From NCBI GenBank assembly GCA_016748015.1, contig JAAOMT010000301.1:268073-332072 (forward strand): DNA of 64,000 nt, in the 5' to 3' direction. Below, in pieces: positions 49,294 through 62,019 of the stretch; positions within the stretch are counted from its first letter, which is position 1, and each line of letters begins with the position of its first letter. This DNA comes from Geosiphon pyriformis uo1. Its lineage: Eukaryota; Fungi; Glomeromycota. The position numbers were made by a program, and so were the translations under genes. The notes under the pieces are model-generated. The model was not told the DNA's origin. It was given only the letters and a program-made list of their open reading frames with translations, and made no database searches.

Positions 49294-52200
49294 GCAGTTT
49301 AGTCTGGAAAGTTGCTATGTGCAATGTCAGGGGCATGAACAATCCCGCTAAGCAAGAAGACATTATTAGGTGGCATAAGGAAATGAACAATTTAGTCTCT
49401 ATTATTACTGAAACAAAATTAAAGAGTAGGGTTTGTCCATAGATTGCAGACAAGTTCGACGGTGTCCGAGTGTTCACTTCTGGTTTGGACTCTGGTCACT
49501 TGGGTGCGAGTATTGCTGTTATCATGGACATTTCTTTGGCTTGTCATGTGTGCAAGATTTTTGAGGTGCCTGGTCAGCTCCTTTCCATTAAATTACTTTT
49601 TAAGAGTAAACTTTCTGTGTTAATTTTGGGGCTTTATGCTGGTGCTTCTTCGGTGGTTCGGTTTTCTCAAGCTGGTGAAATCAATTCTCTCATTGCAAAG
49701 ACTGTCAACGAATCTTCTTTCATCATTCTCGGTGGTGATTTTAATGAAGATGGTTCTCATAAAAGTGCAAGTTTCAAAAGATGCTTTGATTTGGGTCTGG
49801 TCAATTCTTTAGTTGGCAGCCCGGCTGCAAAAATGCCCACTTGAGAAAATTCTAGGGGCATTAAGAAAACAATTAATTACGTGTTTGTCTCTTCAAGTCT
49901 TGTCAATGCGATAGTGCGTCATGAAGTTTTGAATGTCAGTGAGCATTTTGACACAGACCATCAAGCTGTTTTAGTGGATTTGGGTCTGGATGGGCTCTTG
50001 GATACGTATTTGAATTCTCTTCGCAAGTAAGCGAATAAAAATTATTGGAAGTTTGACGTCAAAAGTGCCAATAAAGCTAAGTGGTTGGAGTTCAGGGATG
50101 CCTCAGCTGTTAATGTCTCTATGTTCTCGGATGCTTTCAGTGTGGCAGTAAAATTTTCAGATGTGGACACTATGTGGGACATTGTTTGTAAGATTATGGT
50201 TCTTTTGGCGGGTGGTACATTTAAGAAAAAATGGTTCAAAGGTTTTGATGGCGTGTTCACCAAGACTTCTTCTAGGTTTCACAAGCTGGAGCTGCTGGTT
50301 TCTAAGTTGGTCAAGGCTTCACATTTGGCTTCTAGTGATGGTTTTGCTTCTTTGTTGGAGGTGTGGCATAGACTCGACTCCCCTGGTGCATTGGTGGTTA
50401 AGTCTCTGTTTCTTTCAGGTTCTAATTTTGATCTTATTCACTCTGTACTGGCCAAAGCTAGAAAATTATACCGCTCCTTCAAGTTAGCGGAATCCAAGCG
50501 CGCTGAGGAATCCTCGATCAAGCAAGCTATTGGTAAGAGAATAAAGAGTTTTGAGCTGAACAAGGGTCACACCATTAGGAGTGTTTTGGAGCGTCTTCTT
50601 TGCAAGGTGGTCCTGGATCATTTGGTTGTAGAAGATGAGTTGATTTTAGAGCCTGATTTGGTTAAGTCTAAGGTGGATGAAATTATGGAGGGATGAACCA
50701 AAAAACGTGAGGTGGTGTCTGACTTATCTGAGGATTGGGCCCATCAATATCGGCCTCTGGATTATGTATTCGATGGTGCTTTCTCTGATGTCATGTGTTT
50801 GATTAGTTTTGATGAGTTGTTAGCTGTTGTTAAGGATCTTCCTGATGGAAAAGCGGCTGGTCTTTCTGGTATCTCCAATGAATTATGGAAATGTTGTGAC
50901 AAATCTGTTTTGGATATGCTTTTGGTGCTCTTAAATTTCTGTTTGGTTGGCAAGTTGGTCCCTGGGTCTTGGAGAGAAGCTTGGGTTTCGATGATTCCTA
51001 AATCATATGAATGGGAGGGAGTTCTCACAAACACCCGTCCTATAGCTTTAATTGAAACGGCCCACAAGATTCTTTCTAAGATCCTTTTGGATAGGATCTC
51101 TCTGGCTTACAGCACTTTTGATGTTCTTCATGGGGACAATTTTTTGGTTTTGAAGGGTACGACGACTCAATCTCCCATTTTTGCTATCGGTTCTGTGGTT
51201 GAGAATGCCTTGGAAAAGAACCATGAACTTTGGCTGGTTTTACAGAACATGCACAAGGCTTATGACTCGGTTGGTTGGGAACATCTTAGGAGGAGTCTAG
51301 TCAGGATCAAAATGTGTGACAGGTTTATTAGATTTTTTGGCAGTATTCACAATGGTCGCGTCAACAAAGTGATGACTGACTTTGGGTTGACTGATGAGTA
51401 TTGTGTCCACAATGGGCTGGATCAAGGGAAAGTTTTCTCACCTCTTCTCTGGTGTATTTTTTATGATTCACTTTTGTGTGAGGTCAAGAGACAGAATAGT
51501 GTGTATGGCTACAGGTTGAATTCTCATTTCATATCAAGAACTGGCCAGGTGGATCTTCGAGCTGGGCTGTCTTCGTTTCTTGCTGCCGGCGTTTTTGTCA
51601 ATGATACTATCTAGGTTGGTAGCAGCCAGGCTGCTACACAATGCATCCTTGATGTTGCTAGCAAGTTTTTTAGGTTTAACGATATTTCTATAAACAATGA
51701 CAAAACAGTGGCCATTCCCATCAATTGCCAGGTGCTGGATCCTCATTTGACTATTAGTGGTGCACCTATTTCCATTGCCAAGAGAGGGGAATCTCATCGC
51801 TATTTGGGTATTTTTTTGTCTTCTGAGAGTCTTTCGAAGCCCAGCTTGGCTAAGGCCCAGGCTGATGTACAGTTCTTTGCGAATCTTGTTTTAAGGAAGG
51901 CAATTTCGGACAAACAGTGTGCATATTTGGTGTCTGCAGTTCTTTTCCCTATCATCAGCTACAGGACTCAGTTCAGTTTTGTTTCTGTTGGTGTTTGTAG
52001 TAAATGGGATGCTCTGGTTTGCAAGGTCTTAAAGTCCAAGTCTGGGTTGTCACGTGATTTCCCCAGTGACGCACTTCATCACCCCTCTTTGTACAATTTA
52101 AAAACTTTCAAACAGATACAGGCTGAGAGTAAATTGGCCTCTATTGTTGCTTTTGCGAATTCTACTGGTGTCTTGGGTCGCTTGTTTTCTTATAGGTCTC

Positions 52201-53978
52201 ATGACCTCCAGGTTCTCAGCTGGCATTCTCGTCATCTTTTGCTGTTTTCGGTTCGTGTTGGTATCAGTCCCTCGGATAATTTTTTGGCAGATGTGGTTCG
52301 CATTTTTTCTGGGTGTGATTTGTCTTTGGGAGGCCCTCTGGATTGTGCTTTTCATCGTCAGTGTGGTACTCCTATGTCTTTGGTTCTTGGTGAATCCTGT
52401 TTTTTCAAGTGCATCTCTTCGCTCAGGCATTATGGAATTGCTTTCGTAGAACAGCTTTGTGACCGTAATGGTGATGTTTTCAGTTGGGGTACCTTCAAGT
52501 GCTGGAAGAGGCTAGACCCTCGTGGCTCAGTCCCTTTCTGGTTTGATCTTTCCGTTCACTTTCTTGGTGGTGTTGTTCCTCTTTTCTCAAGTTCTTCTTT
52601 GGTAGATGGTCAAGCTGTGTCTGATATTCGTCTTTCTCATAATTTTGGTGTAATTCGTGACACTTTGCCAACCATTGATGCTGCCCGCCTTTCTGTGTAT
52701 ACGGATGGGTTTCTTTCTGGTCTGGGCACTGCTGACATGAGAGCAGGTGCTGCCGCTTTTTTTGAGAACATTAATTTGGGTTTGGGTGTTGGGGTGTCTG
52801 GTTTGGTTTTTTCTACTCTGACGGAACTGTAGGCCATAGCTTTGGCCCTTGAGTGTGTTTCTTTTTATCATTCGATTGACTTGTTCTCGGATAGCCAGGC
52901 TGCTTTAGATGCATGTAGGTCGGAGTCTTCACTGGTTCATCCGGATTTCAGGAACCACTGTTGGATCGAGCGTCGTCACATTGCCACCGTCATTCGTCAA
53001 AAGAATTTGGATGTGAATTGGGTTAAGGTGAAAGGTCATTCAGGTGTCTCAGGCAACGAGCATGCTGATGCGCTTGCCAAGGGTGCTGCTCGCTTTGCTT
53101 GGCGCCTACCTCATTTAGTCAGTGAACATTTTCTATGTACTGGTAGCACGGTGGTTTCTGGTAATTCTAGACACTTTGTTCATGATGTTTTCCAGTCGTT
53201 TCACTAAGCTCGTTGGGAGATTGGAGTGGGTTCTCGTGTTATGGATGATAGTTTGCGTGCTGATGTCAATTGGTCTATGTCTTCTATGATGTGGCACCCC
53301 AATTCTCACTTGGCATCCAGTTTTACCAGCATGCGCACGGCGGGATGTCATACTTACTTTATAAAGGCTCTTCATCATCAGCTTCCTGTTGCTGTGTGCA
53401 AGCGTTTATATGACAGGAGTTACCCCAGTGTGGTCTGTCTGTTTTGTGGTGATGTTGAGACCTCGGATTATGTCTTTTCATGTCCTCAGGATGCCGTTGG
53501 CCATGCTCGTTTGTTGGGTGCACATGCTTCAACTTGGGAGACTCTTTCTGGCCTTTTTCACTCTTCTTTATGTGTCTTACAGGCCTTAGCTTTTTGTGTT
53601 TCTGAGGTTGAAGTTAGTGTTGCTTTGTGTAAGGGTTTTGTTTTCGATGAATGGTTTCATGAGTCTATCTCGGTCTTTAAAGATTCTAGGGAGGGTGCTA
53701 AGAGGATTGTGAGCTTTGTGCGTGAGTTTTGTTTAGGATTTCGGGATGATGTTTGGTTGGTCTGGGCCAGACACTGAGTGTTTAAGGAGAAGCATAGTTT
53801 GATTTCAAGTGATGGCTCCATTCCTGCTTCGGTTTCTGGTTTGTCTAAGGTGCTTTCGGCTGGTGTGGTCAGATTGCTGGGGGTGGCTGAGGCATTTGGT
53901 GTTGGTTTTGGGTTTCGTAAAATTTGTCCATTTTTTTCAGGTATTGGAGATTCGGTTTCTGTGCATATAAGTGTGTAG
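49290..53978 (+). pseudogene. LINE copy 3 ORF2 (EN, RT, RNase H, ZnF); start codon mutated ATG>ATA
   Basis: GGDFNEDG, RPIALIET, GLDQG, FVND (from FVDD), VYTDG, KVKGHSG, CLFCGDVETSDYVFSC. Confidence 0.92.
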
Positions 53979-54290
53979 TGTAGTCCTGACTGGCCCGAGT
54001 GGTTGGTCACGTGTAGAAAGCGCATGATTTGCACCTAGTTTAGATTATTTGTATGATGTACAGCACTAAGTTGCGTTTGGACCTCACTTGTTAAAATATA
54101 AAAAAAAAAAAAAAATTACAAATTTGTAATATTAAAGCTTAAACATAAAACTTATTAATTTTAACAACTTTAAAACAATATTTTTACAATATTTTAATAT
54201 TAAATAAAATAACAATAAAACAATAATCATTAATATAAAATACTTTAATAAAATTTTTATTAAATTTAAATAATTAATAAAAATAGAAAA

Positions 54291-57086
54291 AGTTTTTTTC
54301 TTGTCAATCCTCTGATCACGAAGAGAGCTTTTGTATTGCCGAAGATTTAGCTTTTTCTTTTCTCCTCCTTCTTGTTACCTTCAGTTATTTCTTTCAATAT
54401 ACCCAATTTTGTTGCAATGAAACCAGTAAGCTCTTTTGTTGGTGGTTCTGGTACTGGTTCAACTGGGTTGGGATCCCAGTCTGGAACTAAAAAGAAAGTG
54501 TGGGTTGAGAGTATATACACTTGGAATTCTTTTTACAAGAAAAAATCGAAAAAACCCGATGTTACTGGGGTTGTGGTAAACTCATCAGCTGGACCTCTTC
54601 CCAGACACGTTTTACAGACAGACTGTGGTAAATGCAAGGTGTTTTGGAGTAGTAAGATTGAGAGTAAAGATGTCAGCATTAGTGGGATGTCTAACGTTGA
54701 GAATATGGACAACATAATGGCCAAAAAGACTAGTTATGTAGACGCCAACACTTCTGAGACTAATGACATGGTAGACAATGCAACTTCTAGAAAAATGCAA
54801 ACAAGAACCTATGTTTTGGAACCACTACCAAAAACACCTTCTTTCAAAAACTTGAGTGATAACAATGCTGAGTTGGTACTTCCTGAGTCTAAATTTGCTG
54901 GGTCCAATCAGCTGCCATCAGCCAAATCACATGTTCTGGAAAGACATAGCTTTGAGCCAGTTAGATCATTTGCTTTGGACATGGAGTTGGCTGCTGTGCC
55001 TGGAAAAACTAATGGCAATAAGTTAATTTTAATCAAAAATTTTTTTACAGAATTGATGGTTTTGGAGAAGCTTCTATTCTCTCAAAATTTCCAGAAATCA
55101 TTAGATTTTTATTTACTTCTGAATCTAGCATGAATAAGGCAAAAGAATTGGCTATCTATGAGAAAATTGTGGTAAATAATGATCTTAAAAGGGTTAGCAA
55201 CTGTTCAGATAAGAAAATTGTTGTTAAAAAGATTCTGGTCAATTTTCCTAAATTGGCTGTAGAGTCTGTTTTTTCTAAGTTTGGGAAAATTGTATCAATC
55301 AAAATGCAATTAATTGGTCTGTGGCAGAAAGCTTTGGTAGAGTTTGAGTCATCTGAAATAGCTGATTTGGTCGCAGCTAGATGGTCTGTTTTCATGAAAA
55401 AAGATTCTGTTCATGTGGTGAAAGCTGTTGATAATAAACAATTGTGAGTTTCTAAGAATCTGCATCAGACATTGCTTTATATTTTTTCAGTTGATATTAT
55501 GGCTCATAATCTTTCTAATTTATTGAAATCATATAGTGGGAAGACTTGTTTTATTGGCCATAATCCCAATTCATATGTGCATAATAGATGTGTTTTGTTA
55601 ATAAAACATCCAAATTGGCTGCTATTGGTTCTACTCCAGTATTTAAGAGTATGAATTTGTGCTGGGCTAGTCTTTCTTTGGCTTGTTGTGCTTATTGCAA
55701 ACAGTTTGGTCATATCTCTACAGGGTGTTTATTGAATGGAAATTTTGGTGTTTATGGTAAGCAGGTGGTAACTCCTCAGAATCAGATTTGTTTGGCTAAC
55801 ATATATAAGAGAAAGCAGACATCAATTGTTTACCCAGTTTTTTTCAGTGAGAAAACTTGGGCCCAAGTTGCTGATGGTTTTTTTTCTCATGTGGGTTTGT
55901 CAGATTTTTTTGGTACTGATTCATCTTCAGATGCAAAACCTGTCTTATTGGTTTCTAATTCTCTTAGTGATTCCTGTTTGATTGATCAATTGGCCTCTTT
56001 GGAACACTCTTTAGGACTTTTAATGGATCAAGTTTCGATTATTATGAAAAAATTGAGCTTTGTGGAATTGGTGCCTCTGGTATCCAAACCTCATGTCTCT
56101 CCTTCGGTTGTTCTTGTACCTGTTATGTCTAATTTGAACCTGAAAATGGCCCTGAACAATACTTTGCCATCTTCTCCTCCCTCTCTTTTGGTTGTTGTTG
56201 TAGACTCAGTTGTCAATCTTAGTTCAAGTAGTTCTAAAGTTTTGACCACCAAAGTGGGTGGTTTAGAATCCAAAATGGTGGCTTTGGAGGTGTCAGTTGA
56301 ATTTGTTTTGGAAAGATTGAATTGTTTGTGCTCTGGCTTGAGTTCACCAACTTCTCTTACTTCCCAATAAGTAATTTTGTATGGAAATTTGCAACATGTA
56401 ATGTTCAAGGTATTAATGTCCCTACTAAGCAGAAGGACATTATCCATTGGCATAGAGATTCTGAGAATTTGGTTTCAATAATTACAGAGACAAAGCTGAA
56501 ATTTAACAACAAGTCTTGGATTAGGAATAAGTTCAATGAAATCAGGATCTTTTCATCTGGGTTGAACAAGAATTTTCTTGGTGCTGGGATCACAATCATT
56601 ATGAACACTTCTTTAGCTCATCATGTTTGTAAGATTTTTAAGGTGCCTGGTTGGCTCTTTTTAGTCAAGCTGTTATTCAAAAATAAATTTTCTGTGTCAA
56701 TTTTGGGACTTTATGTTAAGACATCCCTGGCTGTTTGTTTTTTTCAGGCTAATGATATCAATTCTGTGATAGCAAGGGCTGTCAATGAATCTTTGTTTGT
56801 GGTTTTGGGCAGTAACTTTAATGAAAATGGCTTCCAAAGGTGTGCTAGCTTCAAAAGGTGTCTGGATCTTGGTTTGGTTAACTTTTTAGATGGAAGTTTT
56901 TTTGTCAAAATGTTCACATGGACTAACTTTCAAGGCATGGCTAAGACTATTAATTTCTTGTTTGTTTCTTTGAACTTGGTAAATGCTATAGTAGATTGCA
57001 AAGTGTCTGATGTTGGTGAATTTTTTGATACTGACCATCATGCTGTTTTTGCATCTGTGAGTTTGGGTGGACTTCTGAATGTGCAG
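54291..57086 (+). mobile_element. LINE copy 4 (divergent subfamily): ORF1 about 54417-56370 and EN domain of ORF2, truncated by gypsy insertion
   Basis: SFALDMEL, IGLWQKALVEF, CAYCKQFGHISTGC; WKFATCNVQG, ETKL, TDHHAV; breaks at GGLLNVQ where the LTR begins. Confidence 0.88.
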
Positions 57087-57911
57087 TATTACAAGTAATG
57101 GCTTGGAGTATTAAAGTAAATAACAAAACCTGTAACTTGGTGCTTAAGGCTGTTGTCGATGATAAAATCTGAAGGTGCATTTATCTGAAGGGTTTGGTTG
57201 AGTTCTTTGTATAATGGACAGAGATTCAGTGATAATAGTTTTATCTATAGCTTCCCGAAACTGCAGTTTTGTCAATTTTTTTTTTGGTATTTTTTCTCAT
57301 AAACTATCCTTAATCGAGTGTCCTATTCTTATTTCTGGGTTTTTTACCAGTGCTATATCCTGATGTCAGTACCTCTGCATGATAATCCTCTTTAACAGAA
57401 TTAGTAATAACAGTAAAACAAAAGAAAATAAAATAGAAATGAAATAAAGAAAATAAGCCAAGATGATGAATAAGTTAGTATTCTGTCAATAGTTATGATC
57501 AAGAGCTATTGTTCTAGCATAGTTAAGTATCAATTACTATCAACATAAAGTGTTGACAGTGGAGAGTAGATTTCTATGGTAAATAATTTATTTATTTAAT
57601 ATTTGTGAATGGGAGATTTCTAACTAAAAATTCTGCTCTCTTTTTTTTTACTTCTAATGCTACCACTATATATACATAATTTATGTTCTATGAGATTGCT
57701 CACATTTCTAAGTGATGTGCTATGATTTTTTAAGCAATGCTCACATTGCTGAGCAATGTGCCCTAATTTCTAATATCACTCCATATTGCTGAGCAATATG
57801 CTGTGTTTTCTGACATTGCTCTACATTGCTAAGCAATGTGCTCATGTGCTACATGCTATTTGCTTATTGGTCTACTATTTTCCTATATCTGTTTTCTTTT
57901 TATGAGTAATA
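57087..57911 (-). repeat. 3' LTR of gypsy A (825 bp; TATTAC...GTAATA, decayed from TGTTAC...GTAACA)
   Basis: Homologous in R/U5 to LTR 61185-62017; preceded by purine tract aaaaggaagaga (about 57915-57927). Confidence 0.85.
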
Positions 57912-57925
57912 TTATCTCTTCCTTT

Positions 57926-58585
57926 TTAATATTGAGCTTTATCAAAATCTTCATTTTGAATTACTTCTAACACTTTTTTTTCAAGTATTGTTTGTTCGAT
58001 TCTGTTTTTCATGTCTTCTACTTGTGTATTGTTCATTTTTCCCCATTGGTTAATGATTATGGTTTCCATGTCAGAGTGTAACAGTATTTCTGGATAGTTT
58101 TGAAATATGTTGTATAGTTGGTACATTGTTCTAACATGTAGTGTTGAATTCATTTTCTTTTTGATAAATTTTTCAATTTGTTGTATTATGTCTTGATTGA
58201 ATATTCTCTTGAATTTGTTGATATACAACTCCTGAATATTCAACTTTTGACCTAACTGGTAGTAGCAATATGATATTGAAAGTTGTTTTGTCTATTGCTT
58301 CTAATTTTTTTTTGTAATCTTTTCTGTTGGTGCCATAATAAGTCTTTTCCCAAAAGTGTTCTTTACTTTTTCTATTAAGTTATCTGTCCAGTTTTTATTG
58401 GTTTTTGGTAGTCACTGGTATAGTGTAGTCTTTGTTTTTCTTTGGGTGTTTTGATAGCAGATTATTTGGTTGTTAATAACAATTTCCATGTCTAACTGTT
58501 GTTCACTTAAGGCCTGGAACAATTGTTAAGCTATAGTGTGAATATGATCTGGTATTTCCATTTTTCTTGGTTGCTTTTGTCACAT
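57926..58585 (-). pseudogene. Additional sense-strand ORF between integrase and PPT, function unknown
   Basis: ORF 57926..58243 extends upstream through a frameshift and stops (MEIPDHIHTIA*QLFQALSEQQLDME...); its stop codon abuts the PPT. Confidence 0.55.
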
Positions 58586-58616
58586 GTACTGTATCTTTAT
58601 ATACTCTTTTGGTTGT

Positions 58617-61184
58617 TCAATTTGACGTGTTTGGTTTAATAATTATGATTGGTTCCAGATTTTGTGGAATTTCATCTGGTTGAACTAGTATTCTTTGTAC
58701 TCCTAGTTGTAGAATGTTATTGGTAGATAATGATGCTATCTTGTGATATGGTTTCAGTTGATCACTATGTGCTACTTTGGCTAAGATTTTGTTGTCCCAT
58801 CTTAATTTGTAAGCTTCATTTTCTAGAATTTCTTCTATGTAAAATGGTCTGTCCCATTTGGAGTCAAATTTTCTACTCCATTGTTTTTCCGCTTTGGTAC
58901 AATGTAATAGTACCTTGTCTCCAATCTTGAATTCAACTGGTTTGTCTGGTAGTTGGTTATTGTATCTTTCTTTTTGTTTTTTTTGTGACTTTTGGATGTT
59001 ATCAGCAGCTCTTTGCTGTTTGTTTTCTAGTGTTTTCATTAAGTCATATGTTCTTCTCAACAATGTTTCCTGGAAATTATCTTCAGTTATTGGTTTTGTT
59101 GGATAAGTGTTGACTTCTATCTCAACTGGTAACATTGCTGTTCTATCATATACTAATTCAAATGGTGTTGCTTGTGTAGTGTCTTGCTTCATTGTTCAAT
59201 AAGCAAATAGTACTGATAGTATAAACAAATCCCATTCGTCCTGATTTTTTTGACTGATCTTGGTGATTACTTCACACAATGTTCTGTTAAACCTCTCAAC
59301 TAATCCATTTGTTTGTGAATAGTATGGTAATGATAATGGTCTTTTGATTCCAAATCTTTGGCTTAATTCTGCTAATGTTCTGTTTACAAAGTAAGTTCCT
59401 TGATCTGATAATAGTTCTTTTGGACATCTGTGTCGACAAATTAAATCTTGATGAACAAATTCAGCAATGGATTCTGTATCTGCTCTTTGAATGGCTTTTG
59501 CTTCTGGCCATTTAGTGAGATAATCCATAGCTACTGCAATATATCTGTTGCCTCTGCTGGTGATTGTTAATGGTCCGATTAAGTTAATTTTAATGCGATT
59601 GAATAGTTGTTCCACTTTGATTAGTCTTAATGGTTCACTGGATCTTGTTTCTCCTCTTTTCTGACAAGCATCACAATTTTGAACATATTGGATGATGTCT
59701 GAATACATTGATGGCCAATAGTATCTTTTTCTGGTTCTTTTTATGGTTGCTTCTTTATGAAAATGTCCTGCTGTTGGGTCTGAGTACATGTTGAATAATA
59801 TTGTTTTTTTCTCTGGTTCTGTGATTACTCTGGTTGGTTGATCTGAATTTTTTCTGTTCTTTCAGTAAAGTATATTTTGATGATTGATAAAATATTTTGA
59901 TTGTTGTTTTATGTTGTTTTGTTCTTTTTAAGATAATTTTTTCTTAAATAATTGAGTATTTATATAATGTTGAAGTTGTTGGTATTTTTGTGTATTCATG
60001 TTTTGTTATATTTTTAGGTTGAAATGTTTTTAGATTTGTCTTATTTGTGACAATTTGTCAGCATTTTCATTGTTTTTTTCTTTTTTATAATGTACTGTAT
60101 AATTAAATGGTGAAAGTTCTATTTTCTATCTGGCATGGCAATCATCTGCAAATTTTTGTTTCTGGATTGAAGTCAATCCCTTGTGATCTGTATATATTTC
60201 AAACTTTTGGCTCAAGTATTTTTTTTATTTTATGACTGTCCAATAGATTGCTAAGTGTTCCAGTACTGGTGTTCCATAGTTTTTTTTGGCTGGACTTAAG
60301 CTTCTACTGGCATACACTACTGAATGTTCTCTTCTATCTGGTCTTTTTTGTGATAGTACTGCTTCCAATGCTTGACCTGATGCATCCATAGTGATGATGA
60401 ATAGTTTGCTGTGGTCTGGATACATCAATACTGAAGCTTGAATAAGCTTTCTTCTCAATGTGTCGAATGCTTTTTGTTGAGCTTCAGTTCATTCATACTT
60501 TACATTTTTGGTTTGTAGATGGTGAAGTGGCTGGGCTAGTTTAGAAAAGTCTTTGATAAAGTGGCGATAATAGCTTGCAAATTCCAAAAATGCCCTTAGT
60601 TCTGGCAAGTTTGTTGGTACTAGAAAGTTCTTTACTATTGCAATCTTATCTAGATCTATTTTGATGCCATCTTTGCTCACCACATGTCCCAAAAACTTGA
60701 GCTCAGTTTTTTTAAAGAAACACTTGGTTGCATTTAGTTTCAATCCAGCTTTTCTTAGTCTTTCAAACACCTGCTGGAGGTGATGCAGATGATTATCGAA
60801 TGTTTTTGAGAATACATTGGTGTCATCTAAGTATACAACTACTGATTTCCATAGTAGTTCAGTATATAAAATTTCCATGAGCCATTGAAATGTTGCTGGA
60901 GCATTTATCAAGCCAAATGGCATAACTTCAAATTTGAAATTTCCTTCTCTTGTTGTAAATGTAGTCTTTTCTTTGTTAGCTGGATCCATGGCTACTTGCC
61001 AGTAATTACTATTTAGATCCAGTGTCGAGAACCATTTATTTTCTCCAAAAACATCAAATAGTTTTTGGATTTTTGGAGTTGGATAACTATCACCTTTGGT
61101 CATTCCATTCAGTTTCTAATAATCCACACAGAAACAGATCTTTCTATTCTTTTTCTATACTAGTACCACTGGTGATGACCATGG
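58617..61184 (-). pseudogene. Gypsy A pol (RT, RNase H, integrase)
   Basis: Fragments 60489..61103, 60225..60458, 59196..59789, 58617..59192. Confidence 0.92.
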
Positions 61185-62017
61185 TGTTACTTATAGAAAT
61201 ATAGAAAATATATTAGCATAATTATTAGCCAATCAGAAGTAAGCATAGTAAATGTGGAATTCCAGGATTCTTTTCAGGAATTGCAAGATTCTAGGAATTT
61301 CAGGATTCCCCAATGAGGAATTGCAGGATTCCAAAATTCCAGAATTCCTCTTAAAGGAATTGTAGGATTCCTGTTGTAAAGAATCAAGGAATTGAGGAAT
61401 CTCAATTATGTATATATAGCGGTAGTATTAGAAACAGAAAAGACAGAATTAATACCACAGAATCCTTAGCCTAGAAACAAAAATCATCAAATAAATAATT
61501 ATTCCATATCTCAATCCACTCTCCACTATCAACACTTCATGTTAATAATAAGTGATACTTAACCATATTGGAACAATAGCTCTTAATCACGGCTATTGAT
61601 GAGATACTAATCTGCAAATTGCCTTGGCTTATTTCTTTTCTTTCTTTATTTTTCTCTTATTTTTCTTTATTTTATTTTGATTTATTATTGTGCACTAACT
61701 TATTGATTGAAAAGCGCTGATTACTGACATCAAAGATTGTCTGGTAAAAAACTCCTGTGAGAGGGTAGGACATGTACAAAAGATACGGATTACTTACCAG
61801 AGGATTGCCGGCTACCAAGCTAAGAAAAGAATTGACAGACTTGCGAGTCTGGGAAGCTACGGATAAAACAACTATTGAATCTCTGTCCATTATACAAAAG
61901 ACTCCATCAAAACCTTCAGATACAACACTTGCAGAACCTTATCAATGGAAGTAGCTTTATGAACACCAAGTTACAGGTTGTTATTTATTTCAACAGCAGA
62001 AATAATCCCCTGTAACA
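61185..62017 (+). repeat. 5' LTR of gypsy B (833 bp) with CCAAT, GGAATT-rich repeats and TATA-like tatatatag
   Basis: 6-bp terminal inverted repeat TGTTAC/GTAACA; homology to 57087-57911. Confidence 0.9.
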
Positions 62018-62019
62018 TT

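Larger units (their letters stand above)
47364..54115 (+). mobile_element. Full-length LINE copy 3 with RNase H, inactivated
   Basis: Same family as copy 2; ORF1 47500-49293, ORF2 49290-53978, tail, poly-A 54100-54115. Confidence 0.95.
57087..61184 (-). mobile_element. Ty3/gypsy LTR retrotransposon A (RT, RNase H, IN, extra ORF, PPT, 3' LTR); 5' part displaced by a nested insertion
   Basis: RT PWSSPVVLV..CVDY, LDLNSNYWQ, MPFGL, YLDD; RNase H DASG; IN HHCC, SDQG, NGLVERFNRTL, GPF-like motif. Domain order RT-RH-IN. Confidence 0.93.

Noticed and set aside
31247-53978. Alternative genetic code or readthrough as explanation of in-frame stops
   Set aside because: All three stop types occur, most differ between copies and derive from TGG/CAA/CAG/CGA by single transitions; host genes use the standard code.
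53979-54030. Resemblance of the LINE tail to tRNA-Ser (GTAGTC..TGGCCCGAGTGGTT..TAGAAA) or to a hammerhead core (CTGA..GAAA)
   Set aside because: No T-loop/B-box or acceptor stem, and the CUGANGA core is not matched; the alternative hairpins explain the sequence better.
29405-57180. Many 60-180 aa ORFs antisense or out of frame to the LINE and ORF1-only elements
   Set aside because: Shadow frames caused by G/T codon bias; no independent motifs.
57698-57842. CRISPR-like array of palindromic repeats with spacers
   Set aside because: Lies within the U3 of a eukaryotic LTR, spacers are only about 17-22 nt, and no cas genes are present.
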